This document shows positions 7,463 through 18,363 of a stretch of DNA of 64,000 nt, piece after piece (positions within the stretch are counted from its first letter, which is position 1; every line of letters starts with the position of its first letter). Source of the stretch: a virus; the IMG/VR virus record IMGVR_UViG_3300021356_000011, positions 1 to 64,000 of that record, one strand, 5' to 3'. A program made the position numbers and the translations under genes. The notes beneath the pieces were generated by a model. The model saw only the letters and a program-made list of their open reading frames with translations. It ran no database searches and was not told the origin of the DNA.

Positions 7463-9595
7463 ATGGCACTTTCACCATTACCAAATGCTGGAGTTCTTAA
7501 GGGTACTTCGGCTTTGTATCAGGTTTATAGAAATGCAACTTCGTATGAGTATGTCTCATTCTCGAATGTTCTGACTGAGAGCATTAATGTCAAACCATTA
7601 ATGGATGGGTTCAAGGCAGATCAAATTGGAACATCTGTCGAGATTCGCTTTACTGCAATTGCATCCTATTTCGTAGTTGACAGTAGCCCTTCCAGGACTG
7701 GTGCAAACTCCCTGGGAACTCCCGAGTTTGGGTCGCTCACTGACGCTGATGACATAAGAACAAAAACTTCAGGAGTAAACACTAAGACTGGTAACCTGGA
7801 ATTTGTTCTTAGGTTGTTGTCCAGCAACCGAGGTCGATTCGTCTACAAGATTGGCAACAGCGTCCTGTACGACGTTGCTCCAAAGTTGTCTGCTGCGGGA
7901 TTTCGCAATGGCGGCTGGGGTGGAGAAGCTGGAGTTGGTGTTGCAGTAAACCAGACCCCCATAGTGGAAGCTAGTGTCAACAAGGTATTGAGTGATAGCA
8001 CTGCTCATGTCTCTGTAACTGTCAAGTTTGATTATGTTAGATGCACAAACGAGGATGCAGTTGGTGGCAGAGCTAACACTGAGAGGTACTACTACAACGT
8101 AAAAAGCTTGCGATGGTACTTCGCGGATGACATTGACACTAGAAACTGGATGACCAAGAGGCACTACAGAGGAAGACTTGAGCTATACGATAGAGACATA
8201 AACGCACATGTTCTAAGACAGCTTGTCTTTCCTCCACTGCAACTGGGCTTTAAGCGGGAAAGTATTAGCCTCAATGAATCTGAAGATGGGATGTCCTTGG
8301 ATTTTGAGGTGGTAGATCAAGAGACTTACGGCATCCCTCCACATCCAATATCAAGCTGGCAGGGTGGAACCAACATTTCTTTCCCTCGTCTTCTTATCGG
8401 CAAGGCAAACGTCTCAACACAACTTGAGGTTGAGGCACCGCCGAGTGTAAGCAAGAGGCTCCTGGCTGCATGGGCTTTAAGAATTGTTGACGCAAAGATT
8501 CACTGGTACAACTCCGTGTCATCTGACAGGAGTGTGTTCACTGAACGATTCGACATCGCTGATTCTTTTACCAACAACAAGATTTCGATCAATGTAGACC
8601 TTTCGTTTATCTTGCCTAAGAGCAGCTACGATGGCTATGAAGTACCTACCAGTGGAATTTTCAGCACTATCGATACAGTCCTGAACAACGACTTGACTTA
8701 CGATGAGAACAGGAAACTTAGCCTGACAGAAAAGTCTGACCCTGAGCAGGCTGGTCCAGGCCACCTTGGAGGAATTCCTTACTACCAGCCTTGGTACAGT
8801 CGTCAGTGGTATCCAAGCAATCACACTGTCTTTGGAATTGTGTACTGTGCGCTTCAGAACCCATGCAATGGGAGCTTGCAAAGACCCTATTGGTATGTAG
8901 ATAAGCCAGCCGATCCCAACGAATCTCCTGAAGGCGACTCTTACAATAACCAGGAAGCAAGCGGAGGAAGTGGTCAGCAAGATCCAGATTATGGTGAGCC
9001 AATTGCAGCACTGCAATTAGATGATCAAGAGAAGACGTATCCGTATACGAAGTATGAAATACAGACAATCATGTCTACGGATATGGGTATCAGGACTTTC
9101 AGTCCAATGCATTCAATCAAAACTTTGACTGGAGAAACAGCTAACAGGATCATTCACCAATCAAACGCTCCGACTGAAACAGTGACATTGATGCTTGACG
9201 CTAAAAGGCTCAACCGCTGGCCTAATGGACCAAACGAGTTGAGCTTCAAGGATGAAGTGACTGGGATTTATTACATATGTCAATCTGTCGATATAATTGC
9301 AAATACTGCTGTAAATGACGCATTGAGGAAGACAGTTGAATACTCCTTGAGGGCAGTGGTCAAATATCAACTAAGCAGGAATCACAGGTTTGACGAAGAC
9401 AAGAGGGTCTTCACTCCTCCATTCATAACTGAAGCGGCTCAAGATGATGAAAATCTTGACAACTCCTTGCGTCATTATTACCAGTCTGAGTACAGCAAGA
9501 GTGGTTTCCACTTTAAGCCGGGAGGTGATGAAGACGCAGGTGCTACAGAGCCACCTGCTGGTGATGGCGATGATCCTATTACGCCTGTTGTGTAG
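7463..9595 (+). CDS. Putative tail tip/hub structural protein
   Basis: 710 aa, beta-rich, follows the tape measure in the tail operon; no family recognised. Confidence 0.45.
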   Translation: MALSPLPNAGVLKGTSALYQVYRNATSYEYVSFSNVLTESINVKPLMDGFKADQIGTSVEIRFTAIASYFVVDSSPSRTGANSLGTPEFGSLTDADDIRTKTSGVNTKTGNLEFVLRLLSSNRGRFVYKIGNSVLYDVAPKLSAAGFRNGGWGGEAGVGVAVNQTPIVEASVNKVLSDSTAHVSVTVKFDYVRCTNEDAVGGRANTERYYYNVKSLRWYFADDIDTRNWMTKRHYRGRLELYDRDINAHVLRQLVFPPLQLGFKRESISLNESEDGMSLDFEVVDQETYGIPPHPISSWQGGTNISFPRLLIGKANVSTQLEVEAPPSVSKRLLAAWALRIVDAKIHWYNSVSSDRSVFTERFDIADSFTNNKISINVDLSFILPKSSYDGYEVPTSGIFSTIDTVLNNDLTYDENRKLSLTEKSDPEQAGPGHLGGIPYYQPWYSRQWYPSNHTVFGIVYCALQNPCNGSLQRPYWYVDKPADPNESPEGDSYNNQEASGGSGQQDPDYGEPIAALQLDDQEKTYPYTKYEIQTIMSTDMGIRTFSPMHSIKTLTGETANRIIHQSNAPTETVTLMLDAKRLNRWPNGPNELSFKDEVTGIYYICQSVDIIANTAVNDALRKTVEYSLRAVVKYQLSRNHRFDEDKRVFTPPFITEAAQDDENLDNSLRHYYQSEYSKSGFHFKPGGDEDAGATEPPAGDGDDPITPVV

Positions 9596-9615
9596 ATAAT
9601 TACTGAGGAATAGAA

Positions 9616-11253
9616 ATGGCAATCAATTTCACTACGTTCTTTACGAAGTTTGGACATGCTGTCTATTCCGCAAAGAACTTGCTACAGAACACTGGTCCTG
9701 ACCAAGACACAGTCATTCAGAGCTTTGTTAATGACTTTGATTCTGAAAGTCTTAATGTCAAAAACGCTATTGATGGCTTGATCCCTAAGTTCAGACAAAG
9801 CCAAGCACAATCTCGTCAGGCTGTATCCAACGTCATCGTTGCTCCTATGCGTGCATTTATGACGCAGGAAATACGAGAAGACCTAGGGAAGACAGTCACA
9901 TTCAATGAGGCTATGACTGAGTTCTTAGATCAGCTTGACGCATCAGGCGATAGTGTTGAGAGCAGCACTGTCAGTTCTTCTGTTACAGCCGGTGGTGGCA
10001 ATACTGGTGACGGCGAGCTATTCATCTCGACTAAGTTTTATGATGGGACAGAGTCGCAGCTATTGATTGATGAAGACTTGCTGCTGACCTGCACGATTGT
10101 TGATCAGGATGGCAATCGTACATTTACTGGCAAGGGTGACGAGGCATACGCCAAGCTTGACGGTAACTATCCAGGTGGAACAGGCAGGAACTATTCAGTA
10201 GTTCCCAATCGTCTAAACAACAGCAACATCAACAACTTGCTAACATCTGCTAATTTCTCAACAGCAGATACCTTAGCGACATCTCAGCCTGCAAGCTGGC
10301 TTGCATATGATGCTGATGCGACAGGATCTCTGACTGATTATGTCACTCAAGACATTGAAATTACCAATACACCAACAGGCGGTTACTACAATATTGTTCT
10401 GTATGAGAAGGGCGGGACAAAAGCATTAGTATCGGAGAATATCTCATATGCTGCTAATGGTGATTCGGTTCAAGCCTCGCTTCGCAAGCTACCTGGGTAT
10501 TCACAAGTCACAGTCACATCAACAGGAACATCACCAGACTTTACTCATACAATCACATTTGTCGGCGTAGAGTATGCATATGCTGCCGTTGTCAGGGAAT
10601 TCCTAACTGGTGGTGGCGGGGCTCCCTACTCTGTTGTTTCTGCTTTAATCACTGATGGTGACTTCAGGACAGCAGGTCGATCACTAAAGATCACAGGTGA
10701 TGGGTCTGAACAGACGGATTACTACCAGAAGGTTCAAGTTGCGAAGAATACTGTTTACTTTGCTCATGCACTGATTAAAGAGACGACTGCAATCACAACA
10801 GGCACCCTTGGGTTATCTCTGGTGGATTCCCCAGGTGGTACAGTGCTTCAAGATCTTCAGGGCAATAATAACTCTGACACTGTCACACTTAGTAGTTTGA
10901 GTGCTGGATGGAATCACTTTGGTGTGTTCTTTAGAACTAGCGATGACTTACCAGAATCAGTCTATCTAAGACTCAACTGCCCAACTGCGATTGATGCGTC
11001 TGGGGTGCTTTGCATCGATTCTATTCGTTTGATCACTGCTGCACAGTTCTACTCCGGTGGACCTTACTACTGCATGTTTGAAGGTGACACAAACTTTGAG
11101 TTGAATGACACGTTTACTATTGCAGTCAACAACGACTACTCTGGTGAATTGCAGCAGTGGTTTGATCGAATCTACGATGTAAGAAATTTCCGTCGTCAGC
11201 TACCACATTCAGGGTCACCTACTTACGCTGACTCGTTAATCACAGCTTCGTAG
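9616..11253 (+). CDS. Virion structural protein with carbohydrate-binding-like domain
   Basis: Thr/Gly-rich; CBM-like segment (SLKITG..YQKV..NTVYF..W.HFG..F.T..LRL..IDSIRL). Confidence 0.5.
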   Translation: MAINFTTFFTKFGHAVYSAKNLLQNTGPDQDTVIQSFVNDFDSESLNVKNAIDGLIPKFRQSQAQSRQAVSNVIVAPMRAFMTQEIREDLGKTVTFNEAMTEFLDQLDASGDSVESSTVSSSVTAGGGNTGDGELFISTKFYDGTESQLLIDEDLLLTCTIVDQDGNRTFTGKGDEAYAKLDGNYPGGTGRNYSVVPNRLNNSNINNLLTSANFSTADTLATSQPASWLAYDADATGSLTDYVTQDIEITNTPTGGYYNIVLYEKGGTKALVSENISYAANGDSVQASLRKLPGYSQVTVTSTGTSPDFTHTITFVGVEYAYAAVVREFLTGGGGAPYSVVSALITDGDFRTAGRSLKITGDGSEQTDYYQKVQVAKNTVYFAHALIKETTAITTGTLGLSLVDSPGGTVLQDLQGNNNSDTVTLSSLSAGWNHFGVFFRTSDDLPESVYLRLNCPTAIDASGVLCIDSIRLITAAQFYSGGPYYCMFEGDTNFELNDTFTIAVNNDYSGELQQWFDRIYDVRNFRRQLPHSGSPTYADSLITAS

Positions 11254-11262
11254 GAGTGAGCT

Positions 11263-11799
11263 ATGGCTTATCCAGACTGGAACGGATTTGCTGACGGAAC
11301 AGTAGTTCAGTCGTCAAAGATGAGCGACATCTTGCTGGCGATAAAGAACCGCATGATCCAGTGCATACCTGATGCAACAGAAAGCACATGCAAGATCACC
11401 AATGATCCCTCCTATCGGATCACACCATCTGATCTTCGATGCTTCAACATCACTCCATCACCTCAGTCCCAGGTAGACCAAGGTGCATGGGATGGTGGTG
11501 CTAACTTGCAGTTGACTGTCAGGACTCGGGTCATCATCACAGTGTTCCTGCCAAACTCTCTCGATGACCCAAGAGAGACTGAATACTTTCATACCGCAAG
11601 CATGTCAGTGCATAACTCCAGGATCGATGTCCTCAAAGCCTTGAGCTTCTGGAATGAGTCTGGCGATAAAGGTACGTTCCTCCTGAACGATCCACTCTCC
11701 CCTGCTGAATGGCACTTCACTAAAGACAAGTCATCTGGCGACATACAGATCGCATTCGATTTGGAGTACGACGAAGACTTGGAGGTCGATTGTGACTGA
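11263..11799 (+). CDS. Putative tail completion/neck protein
   Basis: 178 aa in tail operon; size and composition fit the tail terminator class. Confidence 0.35.
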   Translation: MAYPDWNGFADGTVVQSSKMSDILLAIKNRMIQCIPDATESTCKITNDPSYRITPSDLRCFNITPSPQSQVDQGAWDGGANLQLTVRTRVIITVFLPNSLDDPRETEYFHTASMSVHNSRIDVLKALSFWNESGDKGTFLLNDPLSPAEWHFTKDKSSGDIQIAFDLEYDEDLEVDCD

Positions 11800-13861
11800 G
11801 TTCTCTCCATATAAAAGTGGGTTGCAAATAAACTCTCCAAACAGATCTGCTGACGAAGGTGCTTTCGTTCATTTCATGGACGACCTCGAAGGTGACCTAA
11901 CGAGAATCTTTTTCAACAGGCTTGGTAACCCGTCGTACAACTTGGGACCAGAGACTTATCACGACAGTAGCTACAACTCCTACGAAAATAACAACGGCTT
12001 TACGCTTCCATCATCAAGCAAGTTTAGATTCAGGGACGCAAAGGCTGCACGATTCAATGAACTAGCTTGCCCTATTGATAACCAGCGTAGGGCTCACGCC
12101 TACTTCCTTGTTTATATGCAAGGAGACATATACGAAAACTTCAGAGTTGGTGACACCCTTACTATCTGGCAGGGAGGTGCCATATTTGAATTGCCATGGG
12201 GATATGGCGTTCTGTCAGTGGAAAGCAAGACTCGGGTTGAGTATGCAGACAAAGAAATGGTAGGAGGGCGTGAGTACACATGGGAATCCTCCCAAGAAGA
12301 AACATCCACTGAAAAAGAGATCTTCATTCAAGATCGCATATTAGATTTGCTGGCACCTGAAGGTTTCCAAAGAGATTTTCAAATAGCAATACTGGAAGTG
12401 TCTGACAGAGTTACAGGCTCTAGCACACCTTCAGCTAACTTCCCTACGAATAGCAAAACCACCATTAACACAACATGGAACACTCTTGCTGCTCATAAAT
12501 TTCAAATTCAGCATAACCTAGATCCTCTGACTTCAGATGAACCTGTTATCCAGGACTTAAGGGAAAAGCAATTCTTTACGGTTCATCCCGCACCTGCAAG
12601 CAGGATGTCAGAAGGCGAAAAGGTTGACATGTACCATCTTGCCAATGGCTATTTTGGCAAGGGGATGTTTTACATTAAGCCTAGCGATTGCATGAGGAAT
12701 CACTCAAGTGTTGCAGGTGTTGATGGTCTTGAGTTCACCAAGGTGCCATCTTATGTGGATCAACAGTATGGACCTGGGCTGGGGATCTATCTAAGAAACC
12801 AGGATCGCACTTCAGATTATTACAACATACAGCAATGCATCACTAAGGTGAACGGATTTAAGTGGGTTGAAAATCTATTAAGCAGCCCCTTGGAAGACAT
12901 CTATGAGAGAACGTATCTAAGCAACGATGATACGCCTGAGCTTACTCATGAATTGGGAATCGACACCCTGATCGGAGAGCATTCTTGGTGGGACACGGAA
13001 GCAAGCAGCTATGCGGGTGCAGTTAGTTCAGATCCATTTTTTAGAGTAAACAGTACAACTGGAACACTAAAGCAATATGGCCCAGCGAGGGATGCTATTG
13101 AAGAAGGCTTTGCAGCACTCATCCCATATTCAAAGATGCTCCGCAAATCTCCATTCACTGTCCAGGTTTTGTTTGATGTCAGCAGACGATCTCAGCACCA
13201 TAAATGGAGAATCAACTTAAGAGATTACTGCATCACAAGGAGAATGTTTCCTGAGACTTTATACATACGCTTTGACAACTTTGCGTTAAATAAAAACACG
13301 ATGACAGTCATTGGTGAAGACGCAACTGACAACAGCGATGGAAATGATCGTCAATTACTCGTGGTGCCAGGATATGAACCTAACGAAGATGGAGGTGACA
13401 TCACAAAATACAACATGCTAGAGATAGACGTTGTACCAATGAATCCCGACATCTTCCCTACATCGCTGCCGATCATGTGGTCATATGAAGCATTCGATTC
13501 AGTGTATAACGCTCGCACTGGTAATGAGCAGCTTGCAGTCCAGAGGCTGACAGGTAGCTACGTCGATTACGGCTATGAACTTATGACAGTTGGTCAAGAC
13601 TTCTACTTCGATGATGGAACGAATACAGCAGAGACAAACTACCCCATCACCCAGGTAGACGAAGAGTATAGCAAGTGTTACCGAGAAAACTCTCTCAGGT
13701 TAGTCAGCACATACTCTGAATGGAAGTTTCCAACTCACTTGTCTGAACTTCCAACGATCTCAACAGACAGGGATTCAACAACTGCGTTTGGAATCAGGGA
13801 GCCCTCTGGTCATCGCATCATAGTAACCAACATCAACTGTGTCGTTCCTTCATCACCATAG
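11792..13861 (+). CDS. Hypothetical tail protein
   Basis: 689 aa ORF overlapping the previous stop, SD GGAGG; tail operon context. Confidence 0.5.
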   Translation: MTEFSPYKSGLQINSPNRSADEGAFVHFMDDLEGDLTRIFFNRLGNPSYNLGPETYHDSSYNSYENNNGFTLPSSSKFRFRDAKAARFNELACPIDNQRRAHAYFLVYMQGDIYENFRVGDTLTIWQGGAIFELPWGYGVLSVESKTRVEYADKEMVGGREYTWESSQEETSTEKEIFIQDRILDLLAPEGFQRDFQIAILEVSDRVTGSSTPSANFPTNSKTTINTTWNTLAAHKFQIQHNLDPLTSDEPVIQDLREKQFFTVHPAPASRMSEGEKVDMYHLANGYFGKGMFYIKPSDCMRNHSSVAGVDGLEFTKVPSYVDQQYGPGLGIYLRNQDRTSDYYNIQQCITKVNGFKWVENLLSSPLEDIYERTYLSNDDTPELTHELGIDTLIGEHSWWDTEASSYAGAVSSDPFFRVNSTTGTLKQYGPARDAIEEGFAALIPYSKMLRKSPFTVQVLFDVSRRSQHHKWRINLRDYCITRRMFPETLYIRFDNFALNKNTMTVIGEDATDNSDGNDRQLLVVPGYEPNEDGGDITKYNMLEIDVVPMNPDIFPTSLPIMWSYEAFDSVYNARTGNEQLAVQRLTGSYVDYGYELMTVGQDFYFDDGTNTAETNYPITQVDEEYSKCYRENSLRLVSTYSEWKFPTHLSELPTISTDRDSTTAFGIREPSGHRIIVTNINCVVPSSP

Positions 13862-13873
13862 CGCAGGCATGAC

Positions 13874-14755
13874 ATGGCAAACCAATGTTGCTGCAAAGAT
13901 TACAACTCTATTCCTAACTGCATTGGTTGTGATTCAGGATCTGGTACTAGCTACACAGTAACAGCCAGTGTTACCGGATTCACTGACACTTACGCTTGCG
14001 ATCTCGCAACACATGTGAACAGAACCTTGGTTCATGACTTTGGGTCTATAGCAGACACTGCTGGATCTGTATGTCGGAACACTTTGATCGTTGGCAATCA
14101 AACTCCTCCTGATAGTTGGTGTGAAGGATGGTGCCCTGCAAGTTCACTGCACCAAGCTCCAAACCTTGATCAAACTACTAACTGCTATCCTGACAGCCAC
14201 ATCGATGCTGAGCTTCCGGCAACTGTTGTTTCTCAAAGCCCTTTTGGCACATACATAAACTGGGAATGTCGATGTCGTGATCTTTGTGAGTATAACAAGA
14301 CAATCTATCGTGGACCTGCTGCTGGGTATACTGCACCAACATGTCACTTGACTATCTGGTATACCGTTGATTTTAAATACAACAGTGCCATACCAGCCAA
14401 CTCCAAGGTTGAGTATTACATCAGCTTCTTCCTTGCAGACACATACAAGACAGCAACCAGTATTAATCTTCCTTGTGACGACGGAGGTTCACGATTCTGT
14501 TTTGACGGAACAATCCTGCCTAACCTAGTTCTCCTGACTTTCGGTGGTGAAGAAACATACGACGCTGATCAGCTATGCAGTGCGATCAATATAGATGTTC
14601 CTCTTTGCCCCTGGAGAGGTGAGTTTCAATGTGACTGGGAGAAACCTGAGATACCAGAGAATTCTAATCTTGCATGTCTGCCGTGGGAGTATCTCTGTGG
14701 CTATCCCCTAGATTTCAGTTCAGCAAACGTCAATCTCACGGTGAACGTATCATGA
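13874..14755 (+). CDS. Cysteine-rich protein (~21 Cys, begins MANQCCC)
   Basis: Direct from translation; located at the distal end of the tail operon. Confidence 0.6.
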   Translation: MANQCCCKDYNSIPNCIGCDSGSGTSYTVTASVTGFTDTYACDLATHVNRTLVHDFGSIADTAGSVCRNTLIVGNQTPPDSWCEGWCPASSLHQAPNLDQTTNCYPDSHIDAELPATVVSQSPFGTYINWECRCRDLCEYNKTIYRGPAAGYTAPTCHLTIWYTVDFKYNSAIPANSKVEYYISFFLADTYKTATSINLPCDDGGSRFCFDGTILPNLVLLTFGGEETYDADQLCSAINIDVPLCPWRGEFQCDWEKPEIPENSNLACLPWEYLCGYPLDFSSANVNLTVNVS

Positions 14756-15816
14756 GTAAAATTGACTGGCAGTGTCCTAAATGTCTTGTCGTTTTTCCTA
14801 ACGTCCCTGATCCTGGCGACAAGGAGATTACTCACCGCTGCCGACCATCTCGTGGTCTTGGTGATACAGTCAAGAAGATCATCGACGTTGCATCTGGCAG
14901 TAAGATCAAGCAGTGTACTCCATGCAAGAACCGACAAGGCAAACTCAACGCTGCCTTTCCATCTGCAATGCCAACCTCTTACATCACAACTGAATTACTT
15001 GCCACTCTCAGTATCCAGATAGCAAGCAAGCTTCCAGCAAAATGCATTGTCATCGGCATGGCTCGCAGTGGCATGCTGCCTGCTTCAATAATCGCCACCT
15101 ACAACCATTGCAGTTTGTACTCCTTAGACCTGACCAACAAGACAATTAAAAATACTGGCTCAGGTCGCAGAGCGAATCAGAGAGTAGGCATCGAGATTAT
15201 TCTCGTTGACGATTCGGTTTGGAGTGGCACCTCAATGAAGGAAGCAGAATCAATTGTCAAAGACACATTCCCTGAGTCCAAGATCCACAAGGTAGCAGTC
15301 ATCGCAAGACCTGCGAGCATGAAAGTCTTAGACCACTTTGCTATTCTTCAGAACTTCCATTTCCTCGAATGGAATTTTCCCAACGCTGAGTTTACTAAGA
15401 ACTACGCATTCGACATGGACGGTACGTTGTGCGACGACTTCACTGAGCCTGATGACGATGATGGCAAGCGATACCTGAAGGCGATGAGGAACATGCCTGC
15501 GACGGCAATCAAGCCGCACAAGTATCCAATCAACATCATCACCGCAAGGCTTGAGAAGTACCGTGAACCCACAATCAAATGGCTGAAGGATCAAGGCTTT
15601 GTGATTGGCAACCTGCACATGGCACCGTGGAAAGACAAGCAGGAACGAGAGCAGAACGACATCATCGCCTGGAAGTCCCAGGTCATCAAAGACAATGGCT
15701 ACGATGGGATGGTTGAATCTAATCCATTCATCGCTGAAGGTATCTTCGTTAAGACTCAGAAGCCTGTTATCTGCAATACAAACAAACAGCTACTGCTTCC
15801 GCAAGGCATGCGATAA
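14752..15816 (+). CDS. Fusion: Cys/GLGD motif + phosphoribosyltransferase + HAD-like domain
   Basis: ATGA overlap with previous stop. RGLGDTVKK..C.PC..R..KLN motif; PRTase GMARSG and ILVDDSVWSGTSM; HAD FDMDGTLC and IITAR. Confidence 0.75.
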   Translation: MSKIDWQCPKCLVVFPNVPDPGDKEITHRCRPSRGLGDTVKKIIDVASGSKIKQCTPCKNRQGKLNAAFPSAMPTSYITTELLATLSIQIASKLPAKCIVIGMARSGMLPASIIATYNHCSLYSLDLTNKTIKNTGSGRRANQRVGIEIILVDDSVWSGTSMKEAESIVKDTFPESKIHKVAVIARPASMKVLDHFAILQNFHFLEWNFPNAEFTKNYAFDMDGTLCDDFTEPDDDDGKRYLKAMRNMPATAIKPHKYPINIITARLEKYREPTIKWLKDQGFVIGNLHMAPWKDKQEREQNDIIAWKSQVIKDNGYDGMVESNPFIAEGIFVKTQKPVICNTNKQLLLPQGMR

Positions 15817-17424
15817 CTACCGAAGCTTCTCTTCCACAACTCGACCACATCTCTCATACCAGTCAATCTCATTGATCGGCATGAACCTGAGATCTCTTGG
15901 TGGGTGATAACCCTGCTCGTGAACGAATAGAGCATACGCTTGATTGAACGTCCTGTTGGATTTACTGCAACGGTAGTAGCACCTGATCCACTGAGTCTCG
16001 CTGTCAGACTTACGCTTGACCTTGACCTTACTGATAGGTGGACCATCCAACGAGATGAGTTGACCATTACGCTGGATCACCATCCTGCGACTGTCTGAGT
16101 GGGTATAACCGCAACCTGGACATTTGAATCCAGACTGCCTGACCATCATGCACCGTGGGCATATGATTGGATTCTCAATCTCACCCTTCTCGATTTCTTT
16201 CTTCCTGACCTCGCTGGCTTGGTTGCTGGTCATGTAAAAGTAATCAGACCAATCTCGATCCTGGTTAGGACTACCATGCCTCCAGAAGTTTCCTGCATGA
16301 TCCTGGACAACAACCTTCTCGATGCTGGGATGGTTCCTTAGAACTCGACCAACGACCTGGACATAGGATGCCAGCGATCCAATAGGAGTGGCTAGGATGA
16401 TGTGATAAAGCTCAGGGATGTCGATGCCTTCCCGCATGACAAACCTGTTGCAGATCACCTTGATCTCTCCGCTCTTGAGTCTTTCAATGACCTCCTCTCG
16501 TTTCTCAGGGTCACTGCTATGCTCCTCGCCATCGATGTAAACGTCACTGCCATCGATGTGTGCGGCTGGGATGTCATGGCGATTGAGCATATCGCACAAC
16601 CACTTGGATTCCTTTACGCCTGGAGCAAAGAGTAAAGCAGGCTTCTGCTTCGGATTGAGCTTCTTGTAATGCTCGACGATATGACCAAAGATCTGCGGAG
16701 TCCAGACTTCCTTGATCACCTGCTGATTCGAGAACTCACCTGTCTTCAGTGGCTTAAGCTTCCTCGTATCCATCTCAGGACAGCCAAACGTCAGTGCTGG
16801 AACGTGGGCTGGATACTCTAGTTCCTTGCTCCGCATCTCAGAGTTGACGCAAACCGCCTCCAGGTTGTCGTAGATGTGAGATAAGTCCACTGGCGTAGCA
16901 GTAAACCCAATTAGGCTTGCACCTCTCTCAACGTGCTTCTCGAAGACCTGACAGGCTTTCGTCTGTCGCTGCTGATGTGCCTCGTCCACGATGACGATAT
17001 CAGCCTTCGGTAAATCATGTAGCTCCCTTTTGAAGCTTGCATAAACAGTGTCGAGAGAGCAGAGTTGGACTAGGGCGTTCCCCTTCTTAAGCTTCCTGAA
17101 CTGGGCGGCTCTTACACCAAAGTCCAACTTGCCCTTCTTCATACCTGCAATCAACTGTTGGATGAGTAGATTCCTACAGCAGTAGATAGCAACCCTCTTG
17201 TTATTTTCGATAGCCCATCGACATAGACCTAGGAAAATAATCGACTTACCTGCACCTGTTGGAGCAGTGATGACAGTCTTGCTACCGTAATCATTGGCGA
17301 GATCGATTGCCATTTCTAAGGCTCGACTCTGCCAAGGCCAAGGTTTCTCTACACCCAGGTAGTGCTTTAGAGTCTCTTCTGTGACTCCAGCACATCCATC
17401 GAAGATTGAAGGTATGTACGACAC
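15817..17424 (-). CDS. Superfamily 2 (DEAH) helicase with C-terminal Zn ribbon
   Basis: APTGAGKS, IVDEAH, GFTATP, EGIDIP, QVVGRVLR, CPRC..CPGC. Confidence 0.92.
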   Translation of the reverse strand: MSYIPSIFDGCAGVTEETLKHYLGVEKPWPWQSRALEMAIDLANDYGSKTVITAPTGAGKSIIFLGLCRWAIENNKRVAIYCCRNLLIQQLIAGMKKGKLDFGVRAAQFRKLKKGNALVQLCSLDTVYASFKRELHDLPKADIVIVDEAHQQRQTKACQVFEKHVERGASLIGFTATPVDLSHIYDNLEAVCVNSEMRSKELEYPAHVPALTFGCPEMDTRKLKPLKTGEFSNQQVIKEVWTPQIFGHIVEHYKKLNPKQKPALLFAPGVKESKWLCDMLNRHDIPAAHIDGSDVYIDGEEHSSDPEKREEVIERLKSGEIKVICNRFVMREGIDIPELYHIILATPIGSLASYVQVVGRVLRNHPSIEKVVVQDHAGNFWRHGSPNQDRDWSDYFYMTSNQASEVRKKEIEKGEIENPIICPRCMMVRQSGFKCPGCGYTHSDSRRMVIQRNGQLISLDGPPISKVKVKRKSDSETQWIRCYYRCSKSNRTFNQAYALFVHEQGYHPPRDLRFMPINEIDWYERCGRVVEEKLR

Positions 17425-17561
17425 TTGATTAACAACTCCTTTTCATCATCCTCAAGTTCAAGTTTATCTAAGAGATCACCAAGCAAGCGGTAGACTTCGC
17501 CTACCGACCTGCCTGAACGATACAGTAACTGCTTAACCTGTCGATCTAGTAGTCCTACCAA
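17367..17561 (-). CDS. Hypothetical protein
   Basis: 64 aa ORF overlapping both neighbours in the same-strand operon. Confidence 0.45.
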   Translation of the reverse strand: MVGLLDRQVKQLLYRSGRSVGEVYRLLGDLLDKLELEDDEKELLIKCRTYLQSSMDVLESQKRL

Positions 17562-18352
17562 CTTGCTCCCTCCACTGGATCCTGAGTCCCTGCGTACTTT
17601 TCCAGCATGGCAACATCCGCTTCCGCTAAGTATGCGAGTGTCATCTGATACGCTGCGGCTGATGCCTTGCCTCGTGGTGGATCATTGGTCCACCCTTTCA
17701 TTAGATACTCAATGTATCCACGATTCTTATCGTGAATCTCTGCGATGCTCATACCCTTGTGCTTGCCGAAGTCAATGACATATGCACCGGGATCGTTTGC
17801 CTCCACTGCCTTTAGTTGCTCATCAATCCAACTCTCAGGCTTTGGCTCCGCCTTAGCTTTTGGCTTTGGTGCTGCTGCTGATCGAGGCTTGCTGGAAGCA
17901 GGCTGACGGTTCTGATATTTGTCGCCATCATGCTTGCCCAGGTAAACCGATGCGGCAACTCCCAGGTAGCTCAACGTCTTGCCGATAGCATCAGTCTCTG
18001 CTGACTTGACTGCATCGTCGTCACCTCGACCATTAATCTCAGTGCCTCCCGTATGCCAAGCTGTATAGCCAATGTCACCTGACTCTGGATCTTTGAACCA
18101 TGCCTTGGCTCGAACGAAGATGATGGTCTTGCCACCGAAGTCTTCACGGCGATAAGGATCTACTTCTAATCCCCATCCAATACCAATGGGACCAAAGACA
18201 TGGGTCATGACCTCGGCTCTGTGCATTGGGTCAATACTGGAAAGCTTCGCTCCACCTGGGATCCGCTTCACAAACTCAGGATCAGGATCTTTCAGTGCAT
18301 TCCACCACCGCATGTTAGTTTGCATCTCGTCCTCTTGAATTCCACGATACAT
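17555..18352 (-). CDS. Rad52/Sak-like single-strand annealing protein with C-terminal FGKHKG domain
   Basis: SIDPMHR..MT.VFGPIGIGWG, DDAVKSAETDAIGK.LSYLGVAASVY; C-terminal IDFGKHKG..I.E....YIEYL. Confidence 0.7.
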   Translation of the reverse strand: MYRGIQEDEMQTNMRWWNALKDPDPEFVKRIPGGAKLSSIDPMHRAEVMTHVFGPIGIGWGLEVDPYRREDFGGKTIIFVRAKAWFKDPESGDIGYTAWHTGGTEINGRGDDDAVKSAETDAIGKTLSYLGVAASVYLGKHDGDKYQNRQPASSKPRSAAAPKPKAKAEPKPESWIDEQLKAVEANDPGAYVIDFGKHKGMSIAEIHDKNRGYIEYLMKGWTNDPPRGKASAAAYQMTLAYLAEADVAMLEKYAGTQDPVEGASW

Positions 18353-18363
18353 ATCATTCCCTC

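Noticed and set aside
15814-15819. Terminator at the convergence of the tail and replication operons
   Set aside because: The two stop codons abut directly and no hairpin with a U-tract was found.
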